Assembly (NCBI GenBank): GCA_964252035.1
Contig: CAXUOO010000302.1
Length of the DNA: 64,000 bases
Strand: one strand, 5' to 3'
DNA from: Podarcis erhardii
Taxonomy: Eukaryota
Part shown: piece by piece, positions 11,639-24,320 of the stretch
How the letters are laid out: each line of letters opens with the position of its first letter
Numbering within the stretch: the first letter of the stretch is position 1
The notes under the pieces: generated by a model
What the model saw: the letters and a program-made list of their open reading frames with translations, nothing else
The model's database searches: none
What the model was told of the DNA's origin: nothing
Made by a program: the position numbers and the translations under genes

Positions 11639-12728
11639 CACGTTCGGCATGTCTTGGTATCAAGAAGAAAACTTGACAAAGGTTTTCTCAGGATTTTGGT
11701 CGCTTGTTTTCGAAAAACAATCACTACTTCTGAGCGGTTCAGTTTGAAGGTTCGATAAGTTTACGAATTCGACTGCTGGTTTTGCCTATATCGACAGGAG
11801 GATTTTAAACGTATCTGGTGACTCTACGCGCTACCTGATCTACGCATATGCTGCACAAAATTTAGGCAATCTAGGAATCAGCTCCTTTTTTAAATTGTCT
11901 GCAACGACGTTCCTACGTTATCACACTACAAACGAAACGTTTGGTTTTTGAAGGTCCTAGATAATCTAGCTAACTTGTGGTCGCTTTACAGTTTGCAAAA
12001 ATACCAGAAGAAAAATGTCTTCTACTGCACTGGAAAACTGCGCAGCAAAAAAATCGTGGCAAGTCGCCCCCACGTGAAGTTCTTATATAGAGTTTTTCGC
12101 GCTACAAATTCTTATGCTTCTCTTTCCGCCGTCGAAATGGAATTTTCGTATCTGAACACTTTATCTCTTTTTAGGCAATTTTTGCTAACGCATCGTATGC
12201 TCTGAAGGTCGTCATAGGTTTAGTTCTGAAAGAAAGAGAAAATGGTCCAGCAATTTTTCATGCGTATGAGAACGCCATTGTCAACGTACTGCTCCTCCAA
12301 GATGTACTTATTTCAACATTTGGAATTTAGGTGGAATGAATGTGTGCTTTATATAATTTGCCATACCAGCGCCCTTCTTAGCCGAGACTACATATCATGT
12401 TGAGAGCCCTGAGAATACGATTACCGTATCCGGTTGCTTTTCTCTTCGAGCCATGCTTTTTTGAGTGCAGAACTATTTCTTCCCACAAAAACCTGAACAA
12501 ACGCATCGCTCGTCTACACGGGAGACATGTTGGCATTCAATACCGTTTCTTGAACCAGAAATGTCCCCGACTCTTTCTAAATGATAGCAACGGACGCAGA
12601 CTCTTTTTCTTCAATGTCTGAAGATGCACACTGAAAGATTAAAGTTTCTCCTGTCTTTGACTGCAAGCTAGATATTATTGAGCAATAAGATCATTCGAAG
12701 GATGATGTCTCCCCTATTTGCGCATTGT
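11639..12728 (+). repeat. Dispersed ~1.05 kb repeat, copy 2 (partner of 552-1600)
   Basis: Same colinear blocks as copy 1. Carries an extra ~25 bp (actctacgcgctacctgatctacgc, ~11821-11845) that copy 1 lacks. Confidence 0.9.
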
Positions 12729-12924
12729 ATATATATGTATTGGAGTGAGGAAAAAAACTGGAAAGAAAAATGATGGTCGACAGTAGAAATAGAGATACCA
12801 ATTGGGTGTTTCTACACACAGAAGAAAGAAGAAACTCAATTATGCGCGCAGTGTCGTTTTCTGCATTCGTGCATACACATACGCATGTATATAAAGTCTA
12901 TGAATTAGAGAAGAACTGTTGATC

Positions 12925-13700
12925 AGCAGAAAAAAAGATGTAGAAGAATACCAAATTTTAAGAAACCGTGGACGCGATTATGCTGTACAATATGATGAGC
13001 GAAATAAACTACAGGAAGGACACAGGAAAAGAGAACTGTATACATGAAGTTAGAAAACAGCAATAGACCACAATGCATAGAGGAAGAAGAAAACACGAAA
13101 GATGTTTCGAAATCGTAACAGAAGAGAGAAAGCGAGTAAAGAAGATAAGCAACACAGTGTCGAACAAAATGTAGCGAGTGGAAACACATCAATAAACAGA
13201 GCATGACAGAACGAAACATACGTATGTGAAGAAATGCTTACTCCAGCCGCAAAGAAGAATCAGTTAGCATATGGGAAGAACAGCTAGAGACGAGGCTTAG
13301 TTAGTCGTCGTTTATAAAAGCAGATATGAGTACAAATAGCAAGCAACGCAAACTGGTGCTAGCTACGACACCTTCGATACTTCTGCGACCAGCTTATGCA
13401 GGAGAGATGCGTCTGGAGAGAAAGAATTGAAGTGTGCAGCTTTAAGGGAAGAAAAAGAAACAAGTGAGAGAGAAAAAGCGATAGACATGCACGGAGAAAA
13501 CAGAGATGTGATTATGCAGAAGGAAGCGTAAGGGAGGTATCGAAGAAAATATAAATTGAAATGGATATGCTCACTCACAAGCAACACTTACAACGCCTTG
13601 CGAACAGGTGTTCGTGCAAACAAGAAAAGAGCCAAAATAAGAAGGAAAGAAAATCGAATCATACTCAGAAGCACCAATGCATACAAACACTTTTAGCGTG
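12925..13700 (+). pseudogene. Purine-rich stretch, possibly a decayed exon of a K/E/R-rich protein
   Basis: Strong A/G skew. + strand frames give charged peptides broken by few stops (RKKDVEEYQILRNRGRDYAVQYDERNKLQEGHRKRELYT; SGEKELKCAALREEKETSEREKAIDMHGENRDVIMQKEA*GRYRRKYKLKW). No homology recognised. Confidence 0.2.
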
Positions 13701-14411
13701 CGAATACTCACCTACAGACTCGTATAGATAAAGGACGCAAATCACATCGAGCGAACTGAATTTATGTTAGGGTCAAATTCTCATATATTTCCTCTAACAA
13801 AAAGATATTTGTCGACAGTTTATCGTAGACACTTTTGTAGTTTTTCGATAGAAGTGTAAGGCACGCTGAACGTTGAGTTTTAAATATGAAACAACACAAC
13901 CGTAAGTAGTTATTAATAACAACACACAAAAATGCATTGCATGCGGGCTTATGGTTACTCAATACGGACGCACAGAAACAATCATTCCCTTTGAATTCGT
14001 ACGAACGTGGTAAAATAACTCATACATATATGCAACCTTACATAAAAATACGAACACGGTACAGAGTGGCCCGTAAATCTCGAAACTTTTCTTACGATTC
14101 CCGATCATTCCGGCGAGATGAATAAATGAGAGTGCTAATTTTTTCCGCCTTACAACAGTATTCAGATGTCTTTATGCTGGCCTCTGTTATTGCAACCACC
14201 GCAACGTGCTTCTCGTAGAATGTATGACTGTTTGCACTCTAAATACATATCGCATGAGGGGAATATGGGCGGGTTCGAGGAACGGTCGACGGAGAATTGA
14301 AAAACAGTTTCTTTCTACAAACTTTAAGTTTCAACAACGCGCAGTATTCCTGACGGTCCATTAAAAAAAGAGACAGAGTGCTAGATCATTCTGACAGAAA
14401 AGGTGGGATCT

Positions 14412-14482
14412 TCTACTTGCGCAACAGTATACTTCATTTTCGTGGGGAATTTTTTTAAGTCTACTTGCGCAACAGTATACTT
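14412..14482 (+). repeat. 23-bp exact direct repeat, 48-bp period
   Basis: tctacttgcgcaacagtatactt at 14412-14434 and 14460-14482. Confidence 0.92.
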
Positions 14483-16191
14483 TATTTTCTTTATTGTGGC
14501 CACTCCCACAGGTATCACCATCTAATCTTGGTGAAAAAAGGTAACTAAGGGTCGTTTAACAACGCTATAAAGTGCATACAAGGTGCAGAATAATTTTCCT
14601 GAAAATACGTGGGGGAGCTGATTATATACGCAACAAATCATGCACCGGTAAATCATCTGAATTCGCTTCAAAACCAGATTTTTTTATATTTATTATTTTC
14701 GTTTGACACGTTCGAAATCGTCTGCAATGTGTTTTAACTCCACAGGTATATATAGCTGTCAATGTGGCATCGTTGAGAAGGACAAAGCTCTGAGAAAGAA
14801 GCTCAGTGAAAGCGCGGACCAACGCGTCTCTGAGTCCACATTTGTGACAAAATATGACATGATATATTAATCACGATACGGCAAGGTCACAGCAAGCTCG
14901 ATCGTTGTTGTTTCTATGAATTCCTCATTGTTTTCAATAGCGGAGGCGCTAGTATTTGAGAGTTAAAAAAATTTGGAGTAAACAGATACGTTGAGTTTTT
15001 CGAGGTGGAATTGTCAACAATATTCAATCAAGGTTGGCAGCGAAAGGATCTTTGAATGACCAAAATAATTCAAGCAGGTTCAACTGTGTGCCGGGCGCGT
15101 TCTGAGATGATATCGATAGCCACTCAATGGTGTGAAGCTGTGAGCGCTTTGCGTAAAGGGTATGCTTTAAAGGTGACGTTTCTTCATACTGTTTGATTGG
15201 TGACCATCTTACATAACAATTTCCTCATCAGGTTAAGTTCACATGCTGAATGCATAGAATGTCTTGTGCGCAATATATACGCTTTCGAATTCTCGACATA
15301 CGAGATGTAGAAGACAGAAACCACTTTGACAAAAAAAGAATTTTCCAGCTGTACACGCACATGCTGCCATTGTAGACGAGTTTGTGAAAAACGACCTGAA
15401 TGAGTTTCACGCATGCAACCCACAAGGAGCATGATGAACATTATGATCATGGAAAGTGACACTAGAATAGTTCAAAGAGGTGTGAGAAATCAAGTGCTTC
15501 GACACGATGCTGGAAAGTCTGTAGTGCGTTTTTCGAGCGCTCTGCAACGCAGTGCAAGTTACTGTGATTGGTGTGCCTTTCCGTTGGCGAAATTTAGACA
15601 ACCGTCCCTAAGAATATACAAAATAAGCCTACTTCATGGGCAACTTCGGCCTACAACTGTGGACACATTTGATACGGCGCTACCGATTAAAAAAAAAAAA
15701 TGCAGTTTTATTAAATACACTGACCACCTCATCAAGTACCTATGCAGAATTCCGTTGGTAGTGATTCAATATGAACCATCTGCCCGTACAAAAGGGTATA
15801 GGCCCACAGAGCGTGCGCGTTCGGTGGAAGTGTTGGTCAGAACAGCTAGTGAAGTGGTTAAGCTGAATGTGTTTTGCAAAATGATCTGCATCTGCAATGA
15901 TGTTATGCATACAAAACTCTCCACTTCTAACGAGTCAAAAAAGACTATTTTTTGCCACATTCAAACAACTCAACGAATATGTTTGATTCCTCACATTTGC
16001 CCTGCTTCAAGCAATTCTCTGAAAAAGAATAAATAGATGATTGTCGCGCGACGTCGTCAGCATGAATATCAAACATATACTCTGCAGATACTTAAAGTCA
16101 TATTCAAGCAAGCAAATAATAATAGCTGAGTATCCGAAGCGCGTGAACCTTGACCGGACAAGTCCGGACCGCAATTTTGCGCGGCGTTCAA

Positions 16192-16236
<45 letters not shown>
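16192..16236. repeat. Interrupted (TA)n microsatellite
   Basis: Direct reading of the sequence. Confidence 0.95.
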
Positions 16237-16239
<3 letters not shown>

Positions 16240-18282
16240 CTGGTACAGTGTAGGCTGCCCAGCTTGATTAGAGCGTGACGTTGTGGGCTCACGTTCTTTT
16301 TGTCTTACCGAGTGCTTACAGCACCTGCCTTGTTAGCCAGTGAAAGAAAAGTAGATATGCAGACCGCTGCCGCTACATTTGACTTCACTTTCGTTGACAG
16401 AAGGTGAGACTCTGCGACTTTAGTTGAAGATTTATCAACGACTAAGGAATATGGGCTATCACGTACAATCAATCGTTCTGTGTATTATAGATTCAAGTAA
16501 ACCGAAAAGGCGCGACATGGACAAAACCCTCGTAAGGCGGTGTGGGTTGTGAAAAACTAACTGGATCCTCCCCTTCAAAAACGACTGAAGAGTCAAAGCC
16601 AAAACGCGTTCAACCACAGATAAATACATGCTTCCTTTCATGCGTCATCGGAACAACCACATTTGCCAATCTATCTGGTGTTCAGTATTGCTCTTGCAAT
16701 TTAATCATAATCACGACGCAGCATGTTGCCACACTTCTCTTTTCTCGACGGTTTTGAGAAGCACATTGTCATGCACAAGACTTCAGCAATGACGAGGATC
16801 TCACCAGCAACGGGATTTTGGCTCCAGCCACTCTCTCAAAATTTAGCCGATTGCAAAGTAGATCAAGGAGCACTAACTAAGTGGATCTGAAAGGGACTGC
16901 TCCATTTATGATAAAATCATGTTCAACTTCGGGTCTAAATGTTCATGTTAAACGTACCCTTGATTAAAGGATCTAATCTCAATGCCAAGCCTCAAAAAAT
17001 TGCACCTGTAATTGTCCGAACTGCAGCACAATGTAGCTTAGCATACTGAGCTAGCACTCTGACACAAATGTAAGGTAATATAAGAGATATGAAGTCACTG
17101 AAAAGGCGACTGTATCACCTGTGGAAGTTACCCTTTCTATTGCAGTTGACGCCCTGTGAGTCTTTATTTGGGAGTATACTTTAGAGGCCTACGAGAGAAG
17201 AGGCAAAGGGGCTTGGATTATACAATTTTTCCTTCATCGGCTACCAGTAAGGCATAAAACAGTAGTTGCAACGCTAGACAAAAAAGCAGGCAGCGGTTAC
17301 GTCGAAGACCTAAAGACATTGAAAGGACGTTAACAACAAAACTACCTACTCTATAGGTGCCAGCGATCATCGATGATGATACTTGTGAAAGTAATACTTC
17401 AACAATACTCTTGAGGTATACGACCAAATAATATCTCCACAGTTGTTTGTTGTGCGAAGGTTTGTTGCCTTAACTCTCACGCGAAGCTGCAGCGACGGAA
17501 ACGCCAAAGTTTGGTCTTCCTCAGTAAGATTCAGAACTATAAATAAACGAGCCACCTCACTGTGGCTGTGCTTTTGTTAGTTCACACACAGCACACAACT
17601 GTTTGCCGTTGGCAGTCACACGGCTGTAAGAACTACTCTGCAGCTTAGCTGAGGGCTCGCGTGCGGTGAAGAACTGGAGTCAACCATTACAGGGGAAACT
17701 ACGTTCCTCGGAAACGTATGCTTGCCTTATTATGCTTCTGAACCCTGTCCGAAATCCCTTCCCTATCCCAGCACAATTGAATTGACGTGTGAAGTTCAAT
17801 TTCCATTCCTGGAGCAATCATTTTAAACAACGTTGTCTTTTCCAGAAACATTACTTGTTCGGGCATATTATACTGTGCAAACTAGGGGTAGAGATGATTT
17901 CCTTTACCTCCAGCTGCGCCTTTGCTTGTTGACTCAATTGATTAGACTTGGTGTCTAAAACGGCTTCGCTGTGAGACGTGTCTATTCTGCAAAATGCAAG
18001 GTAGTGAGTAAGCACGCGCAAATCCGTGACCCTGCAGGCGGAATCCATCCGCAGTTGACGACCCCAACTGAGCTGTCGCCATGTCGATTGCACAAATCCG
18101 AGTAGCAGGGAAAAAGAATCACAAGAGTTAAAAAAAAAAATTTCTTGGCAAAAGTTTTACATCTACGGTCAACATTTGTCAAACTGTCGACGAAAGCACT
18201 ATGTCAAATTCCCTCAGGATGAGACATAGTCTCACCGAGTCTAGGTCTAGGAGGTACGACTGTCTTTTCTTCATATGCTGAT

Positions 18283-18397
18283 TACTTTCTTATAAAGAGC
18301 AAACCATGTACAAAAATATCGAACTCAGCAGCAAAATTACTTGCGTACTTTGTTATAAAGAGCAAATTATGTACAAAAACACCGAATTCAGCAGCAA
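18283..18397 (+). repeat. 63-bp tandem duplication (two diverged copies)
   Basis: tacttt.ttataaagagcaaa..atgtacaaaaa.a.cgaa.tcagcagcaa starts at 18283 and 18346. Confidence 0.92.
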
Positions 18398-19653
18398 CGA
18401 GGACTTCTTTCTCACTTTGTAATCACGTTTTCATGTTCACAGGACACCAAGGACAACTACTAATCGGAAATCGCAGGGAAAGGTCTCTATGAGGATTCTA
18501 GGATTCTGTGCCTCCATGCTATTTTTGGCTCTCCTAGGTACGCTCCGGAAAGAATGTATTATATATAGATCAACCCGGTCCTTACGTATATATTGAGTAG
18601 AATTTTTATTTTTCAGTGATGCAGTGCCTCCCTCATACGCAATGCCTGCCGTCTATATTGAATAATTGTGCTCAAGTTTATAATCTATATTCTTCAGTGT
18701 TGCAGTGGGCACCTCATCCTATGGTGAAGGTCTTGCACGCCAACTCACAAAAGAATTCAGAATAGCGTTAAGAAAAAGTTCAAAATCTTTCAAGAATGGT
18801 GATCATTGTGTCTTTGGGTTTACGATTGTGCAGAACTGTATACATGACTTTAAGTTTGTGCACTCTTTATAGCCTTGCAGCATATGGTATAGGTAAGTAC
18901 AAGGGAATGATTGCATTGTTAGGGACGCGTGTCATGTCGTGAGTCAAAGAAAATTGGCTTTTTACCGGTGGCAGAGCATTTTTTCTGTTTGCCAAACCTC
19001 AGTCGTAACGCTGTAAGTGTACCTTGATGATTTTGAGAAAAAAACATCGTCCCTGGTGGATGCATATTTATGGGCTAGAAACTCTGCATATCTCTCCCGT
19101 CTCATTCAGTTCCAAAGTACGTATACCCGCGCGGCAGCTTCCAAAAAACCATTCGGGTCTGAGAGGATAAATTTTAGCCCCACGTTCCTGCTCTGCTCTA
19201 CTAAACCTACAACTCAAATGAAAGAACAGTGCTCTCGGCGTAGCGTCTGATATTCCCTCACTGTGTCATCATATGGAAGTTACGCTAAATGTATAAATAA
19301 ATATTGAGCACATTCCTGAGCCGAATCTCGGAAAAACGAAAGAGCTGCGCGGCTTAAATCGGGTTAAGCTTGATAGTAACCGATCAGCACAGATTCTCAT
19401 CCACCACATGTTTTTTTGAGATTCTTACACACTGGATCCTGCAGGAAGAGCACGCCAAACCGTTGTTGTAAAAAACCCCCATTTTCAGTTATTTCCTTTC
19501 TTAAGTTCTCTAAACTAGCGCATCAATAAAGGCACTTGCCAAGCGTTGTACTAATTCAGTAACGCGGGAAGAATTGCGTCCGTGCTCACTCATGGTGCGT
19601 CGAACAAATACAATCTGTTTTTCTATATATTGAAATGCGGAATGCCCTGTTAG

Positions 19654-19681
19654 GAAGGGTGCGGCGCTCGCTGCACCCTTC
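19654..19681. other. 12-bp GC-rich hairpin (one G-T pair, loop GCTC)
   Basis: gaagggtgcggc-gctc-gctgcacccttc. Confidence 0.75.
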
Positions 19682-20989
19682 AGAAACTTAATTTTTATGG
19701 CCAGTAACAAATTTTAGAGTGGAAAAAGACACGCACTGAATGCTAGGCATCAATATCCCATTGTATATCGTCTCCCACATTTGAAGATAATGAGGCTTCT
19801 ATAAAAGTAGTTTCTGTGCTCATGCACAGGCCACACTATAAGAGAAGAGATCTGATGCCGCACTTTACATATCTAATTAACGTGAAGAGAAAGTAAGATT
19901 CTGACTGACCTGACATATAAAATGAACTTTGTTTGGCTGAAGCCGGTTTCTATGCCTTCCTGTGTAGATTTTAAGTTCATAGAATATCCATGCTGGGACG
20001 GTCTTCACTGGCGAGCTATATTTCATCGCATTCAAGTCTTTATTTCCGCTGAACTCGAACTGGTGCAAAGCCTTGGCAGGTTCATGCTGCTTGTATAGGA
20101 CGTTTGAATGGTACATGCCACTTTCCTACTGTCTTGGGACCCCTAAACAACGGCGCCGGTTGTAGGCACCGTTTCCTGCATGCAGTATTGGTCTTCAGGT
20201 AATTCAAGATTTGTAAAGTACACATTGTGGAAGCTTCTTTGATTCTCTTATTCTCAGTGAAGATTGAACCATGCTCATCTTATAGCGACGTACGAATATG
20301 CATTGCATTGCGAAACACTTGTCTATAACATCCGGTCATATTGCAGGAATATTGAGAACAAACGGCATCCGACAACTTTTTTCGTGTTCAACTGTGCGGA
20401 TTAGAGCATACATCCACGCAGTGGCATCTCAGTCTTTGGAAGATGCGTTGTTTAGCAGAAGCATTTGCTGCCTGCGCGCTATTTCCGATGGTGGATGCAG
20501 GTGCAAGAAGAAATCTAACCTACAAACCGGTTAGCTTATATCAGCTAGTGAAAAAAATCGCACAATGACAGGCTTGCGAAATGATTACATGATGAGAAAT
20601 GGTCAATTGCAACAGAGTGCTGTTGCCGCTATAGGAAGTCAGAGTTAATCCATGTTAGCATAGATCGAATGTGTCATGCCAACAGAAAGCCCTAATTCAA
20701 AAAAAGCGTTTAATGAAAAGGTGCTGAATAAATCATCATTTTTATAGCAGCATGCGAATTACGTGCCTTGCCGACGAAATGCAAATACTTGGCAATTATG
20801 AGCAGTGAACATGAGGGAAGTTAAGGTCTCTACGCCTTGTCCTTCTATTTCAGGAACCGATATCATACGAGTGACTAAATCTGAACACAGTTTCGCCAAC
20901 GATATCGGAATTCAATGAGCAATAGCTGATTAGCGTGGATTCTCTAGAGGCATCAAGAGGATAGTCAATGTAGCACGTAGTAAAGTGTT

Positions 20990-21018
20990 CATATATATAT
21001 GTATATATATATATATAT
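20990..21018. repeat. Interrupted (TA)n microsatellite just before the large array
   Basis: Direct reading of the sequence. Confidence 0.93.
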
Positions 21019-21279
21019 GAAGATAACAGGCATGCAAGCAGCACATCATTATGTAAAAGGGGTACCTGGGCGTTCAAAATAGAAATAGGATAACTTATTG
21101 TATTGATTAGATTTCTGCTTCGAGTGGACCAACACTCGTGTCATCTTTTAAGAAGCTCCGTGACGTCTGCAGTCACTGCATGCGCAAGCAAAAAATATGA
21201 GCCTAACTTTTTTTTTAATTTGTCCCAAAGGATAGTTCAACCAACCCTAAAAGTACACTGTGCTTCTGAAAGAGAGGCG

Positions 21280-24200
21280 AAGATGCCTCTGCGTCTCTAA
21301 TACCTGTAAAACGCTTACGCTAATCACATACACATATCGCTGTTAAAAGAGGCATTTGCTGATTTATAAGTGTGTTAGTCATTTTGTTTCACTACTACAT
21401 TCTTCAGGTCGCACATACCTTAATGAAACTCAAGTGGAAATGATTATATCTCGTGCAATGTGTAACCCAGATTGACTGTGCTGCATGAGGAAATTTTCTT
21501 AGCAATGCATGATATAACTACTTGGAGTTTTCTTCAAGTGAGCATCGCAGCAGAAAAATTTATATCGCTGACTGGATGGGTGAAGCATTCTTGTCAAGGA
21601 AAGAGCCGTGAAGCGTATCTCCGGAAGCATCAGTCGCTATAGAAGCTCTACAGCAGCCATTTTAAAGGTTCGCATGGCAAACTAGACGAATTTCGGTCGG
21701 AAATAGACACTGTCCATAGATAACAGTGCATAGTTTGAATATCGGACTATTTTTACAAGTGAGCAACGCTGTACAATGTTATAAGACTATATTCGTCAAG
21801 TCGCAGTACTTCTGTTGACGTGTGTGAGATCAAAATTGGAAATGAAGGCTCGAGCTGTGCAGCACGATTTCGATGTTCGCGGTATCTGTAAAGCGTTGCA
21901 TTGCATAGATGGTATGAGTTGACGTCGAACACTAGGTAGCTTATAGTTCACGGTAGGTAGCATTTTATAAGCTTAACTCTGTTTCAAGATGTAGTTGATG
22001 TTTTTCTGCAGACAGGCATTAAGGCGCGGTGTTAGTGGTACAGACTGCGGTGCTTATTGTGTACATTCAGACGATGAGACTTCAAGCACATTTTTTTATT
22101 GTTCATCATCTATGGTTTTTGCAAAACAGCAACTCCGTGGAAGCGAGTTACAAAATGGAATATCTGTAGTATAAGAAGGCAGAAATTTTTTATTGCAGGG
22201 CGTGGACCCTTTATCTGTTTTCATTATCTCCAATGCAGGTTGCACCGTTGGATGGATGTTTTCAGCCAGTGAGCCGTGCACAGAATTTTTGAGCACCGCA
22301 GAATTCGTGGAACACTGCACAACAATTGCTATACAGTCTTGCGTCTAACAGACCATGCATCGTCAGTGTCTCTGCAATGCCTAGATGATAGTTCAGGAGA
22401 CAAAGACAAAATACTACCTTAGAAAAAAACGCGAGTGAGAAAGAGACATTGATGTGCCGTCTCGAGCAGTGCCAAGCGCAATTTGAATAAAAAGTGCAAT
22501 CTAATTGTGTTCAATAAACGGCAAGCGGTGCTCGTTTTTGGTGACTGTCTAGATGAAGAATTCGCACACAATGTGAACGGCCGTCGAAAAACCACTTGCA
22601 CGTGAGAAACTTCCAACTTTTTGTGCACCATGGAGTGAAGCGCAATCCCGTCACAACGTGCAACATCACGATTGTATACACAAGACAGACTTCGTTACAC
22701 AGTGCTACTGAACAAATGTATGCTTTTCGGAAACTTGACCACATTGCTTTCAAGGGAAGCATTTTTTGGTTCACCAGAGTGTTAGCCATATACTAGGTTG
22801 AGAAAGAATGGAAGATGATCACGTTTTTCGCAATATGTCACACTGATTGACTGTGCTGCATGGGACCAAAACTTTTTTTTAGCAGTGCGTAGTATGACTA
22901 TTTGAATGTTTCTATATGTGAGCTGCTCATTTGAAAGAAATAGGAGTATTGCTGTTTAAGCCGCACTACTCCTACTGTAGGCTATGTGGTGGAAGCACTC
23001 TTCTCAGGAACAAAGCCGTGAAGCGTACCTCCGGAAGCATCAGTATTAACGAAAAGCTGCAGAGCAGCCAGATCAAAGTCTCGCACTGCAAACTAGGTCA
23101 TTGGCGTTGCTTACGGAAGAGTTCATTTTCATATATAACGCTGCATAGTTTGATTATTCGAAATTTTTACACGTGAACAAAACAGTACAATAGAATAAGA
23201 CTATTTTCGTCAAGTTTCGCACTCTCTATTGAAGGCTGTGGGATAGAATTTGTAAATCAGGATTTGGGCGGTGCTGCTATGTTGTCTTGATGTTTGCGGT
23301 ATCTGTGAGCGTTGCACAGCAGAGATGGTATAAGCTTGCGTCAAACACAAGGTGGCTCGTAATTCGCGGTAGTGAGCACTTAGGTAGTTGGTGGTTTTTT
23401 GCAGTCACGATATTAAAGAAGAATAAATTATGTGGGAGGGAGCGTTGTAAATAGAGCAGACTGTGCTGTTAATTGTACACGTTCAGACAGTGAGACTTCG
23501 AGCCCTTTTTTGCATATTGCAGCACTTGAAGTTTGCAAAACAGCAACGCCGTAGAAGCGAGTTTCAAAAGGAATTCCTGTGGTATATGAAAGCAGCAGTT
23601 TTTTCAAGGCCTGCACCCTCTACTTGATTGAATTGACACAGCATCAGCATGAACTTCATTACAGGCTGCTCGGCTCAAAGTATGGCTTTAGACGATGAGC
23701 GGTGCAGTGAATTTCTGAGCATCGCAAACCTATAATAGGCTGCACAGAAACGTTTTACAGGCTTGCATCTGTGAGTCTATGCGTCATCATAGTCTCTGCA
23801 TCTTTCTGGTGATAATTCAGGCGGAAAACAGCGTGCTACTTTCAAAAGAAAGCGGGGGTAAGAGACAGGCATTTGCCTGACGTCTTGAGCACATTTGTAC
23901 ACTGTCTATAAATCTGACGTTCAAATAGCAGGAACTGAATGTTTTAAGCTAACTGTTCCGCTAAAGACTCCGCATTCTTTGCTTTCTAAACGGAAGTCGA
24001 TAAGCGACTCGCAGATATTATTTTTGCACTCTCTCTCTCGTAGTACAATGCGCAACCCCCTCACAGAAACGTCACACCACAAGTAGCGTAGGCATGAGTG
24101 TTTCCGTTTCAAACAGTGCAACGTCACATAAGTATATATCTCGAGTACCTAAAAAAAGCGTTTGCTGATCACTTACCTCTATCACTTTTAGGAACTGAAT

Positions 24201-24320
24201 TCTTTGATTTACCAGATTCATATACTATGAGGAGAATGACTGGAAGTTGATTACATGACTCGTAGATATATAACAGAGATTCACCGTGCTAGATGGAGGG
24301 CAGACGTATTCTCGCATCCA
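21280..24320 (+). repeat. Divergent left-edge layer: simple tandem A monomers (~1.41 kb period)
   Basis: agccgtgaagcgta.ctccggaagcatcagt at 21604 and 23014 (period 1410); anchors at 22271 and 23697 (period 1426). No B or C subunit lies between them. Confidence 0.85.

Noticed and set aside
11097-11650. ORFs with YIYIYI runs
   Set aside because: Translations of (TA)n microsatellites.
15413-16036. 207-aa ORF (longest in the window) as a CDS
   Set aside because: No recognisable domain, contains an A11 homopolymer, overlaps several antisense ORFs, and the composition looks non-coding.
21603-21620. TGA aligned with Cys (EP*S vs EPCS) as selenocysteine
   Set aside because: A single C-to-A change explains it, some copies have TGG, the frame has many other stops, and no SECIS was identified.
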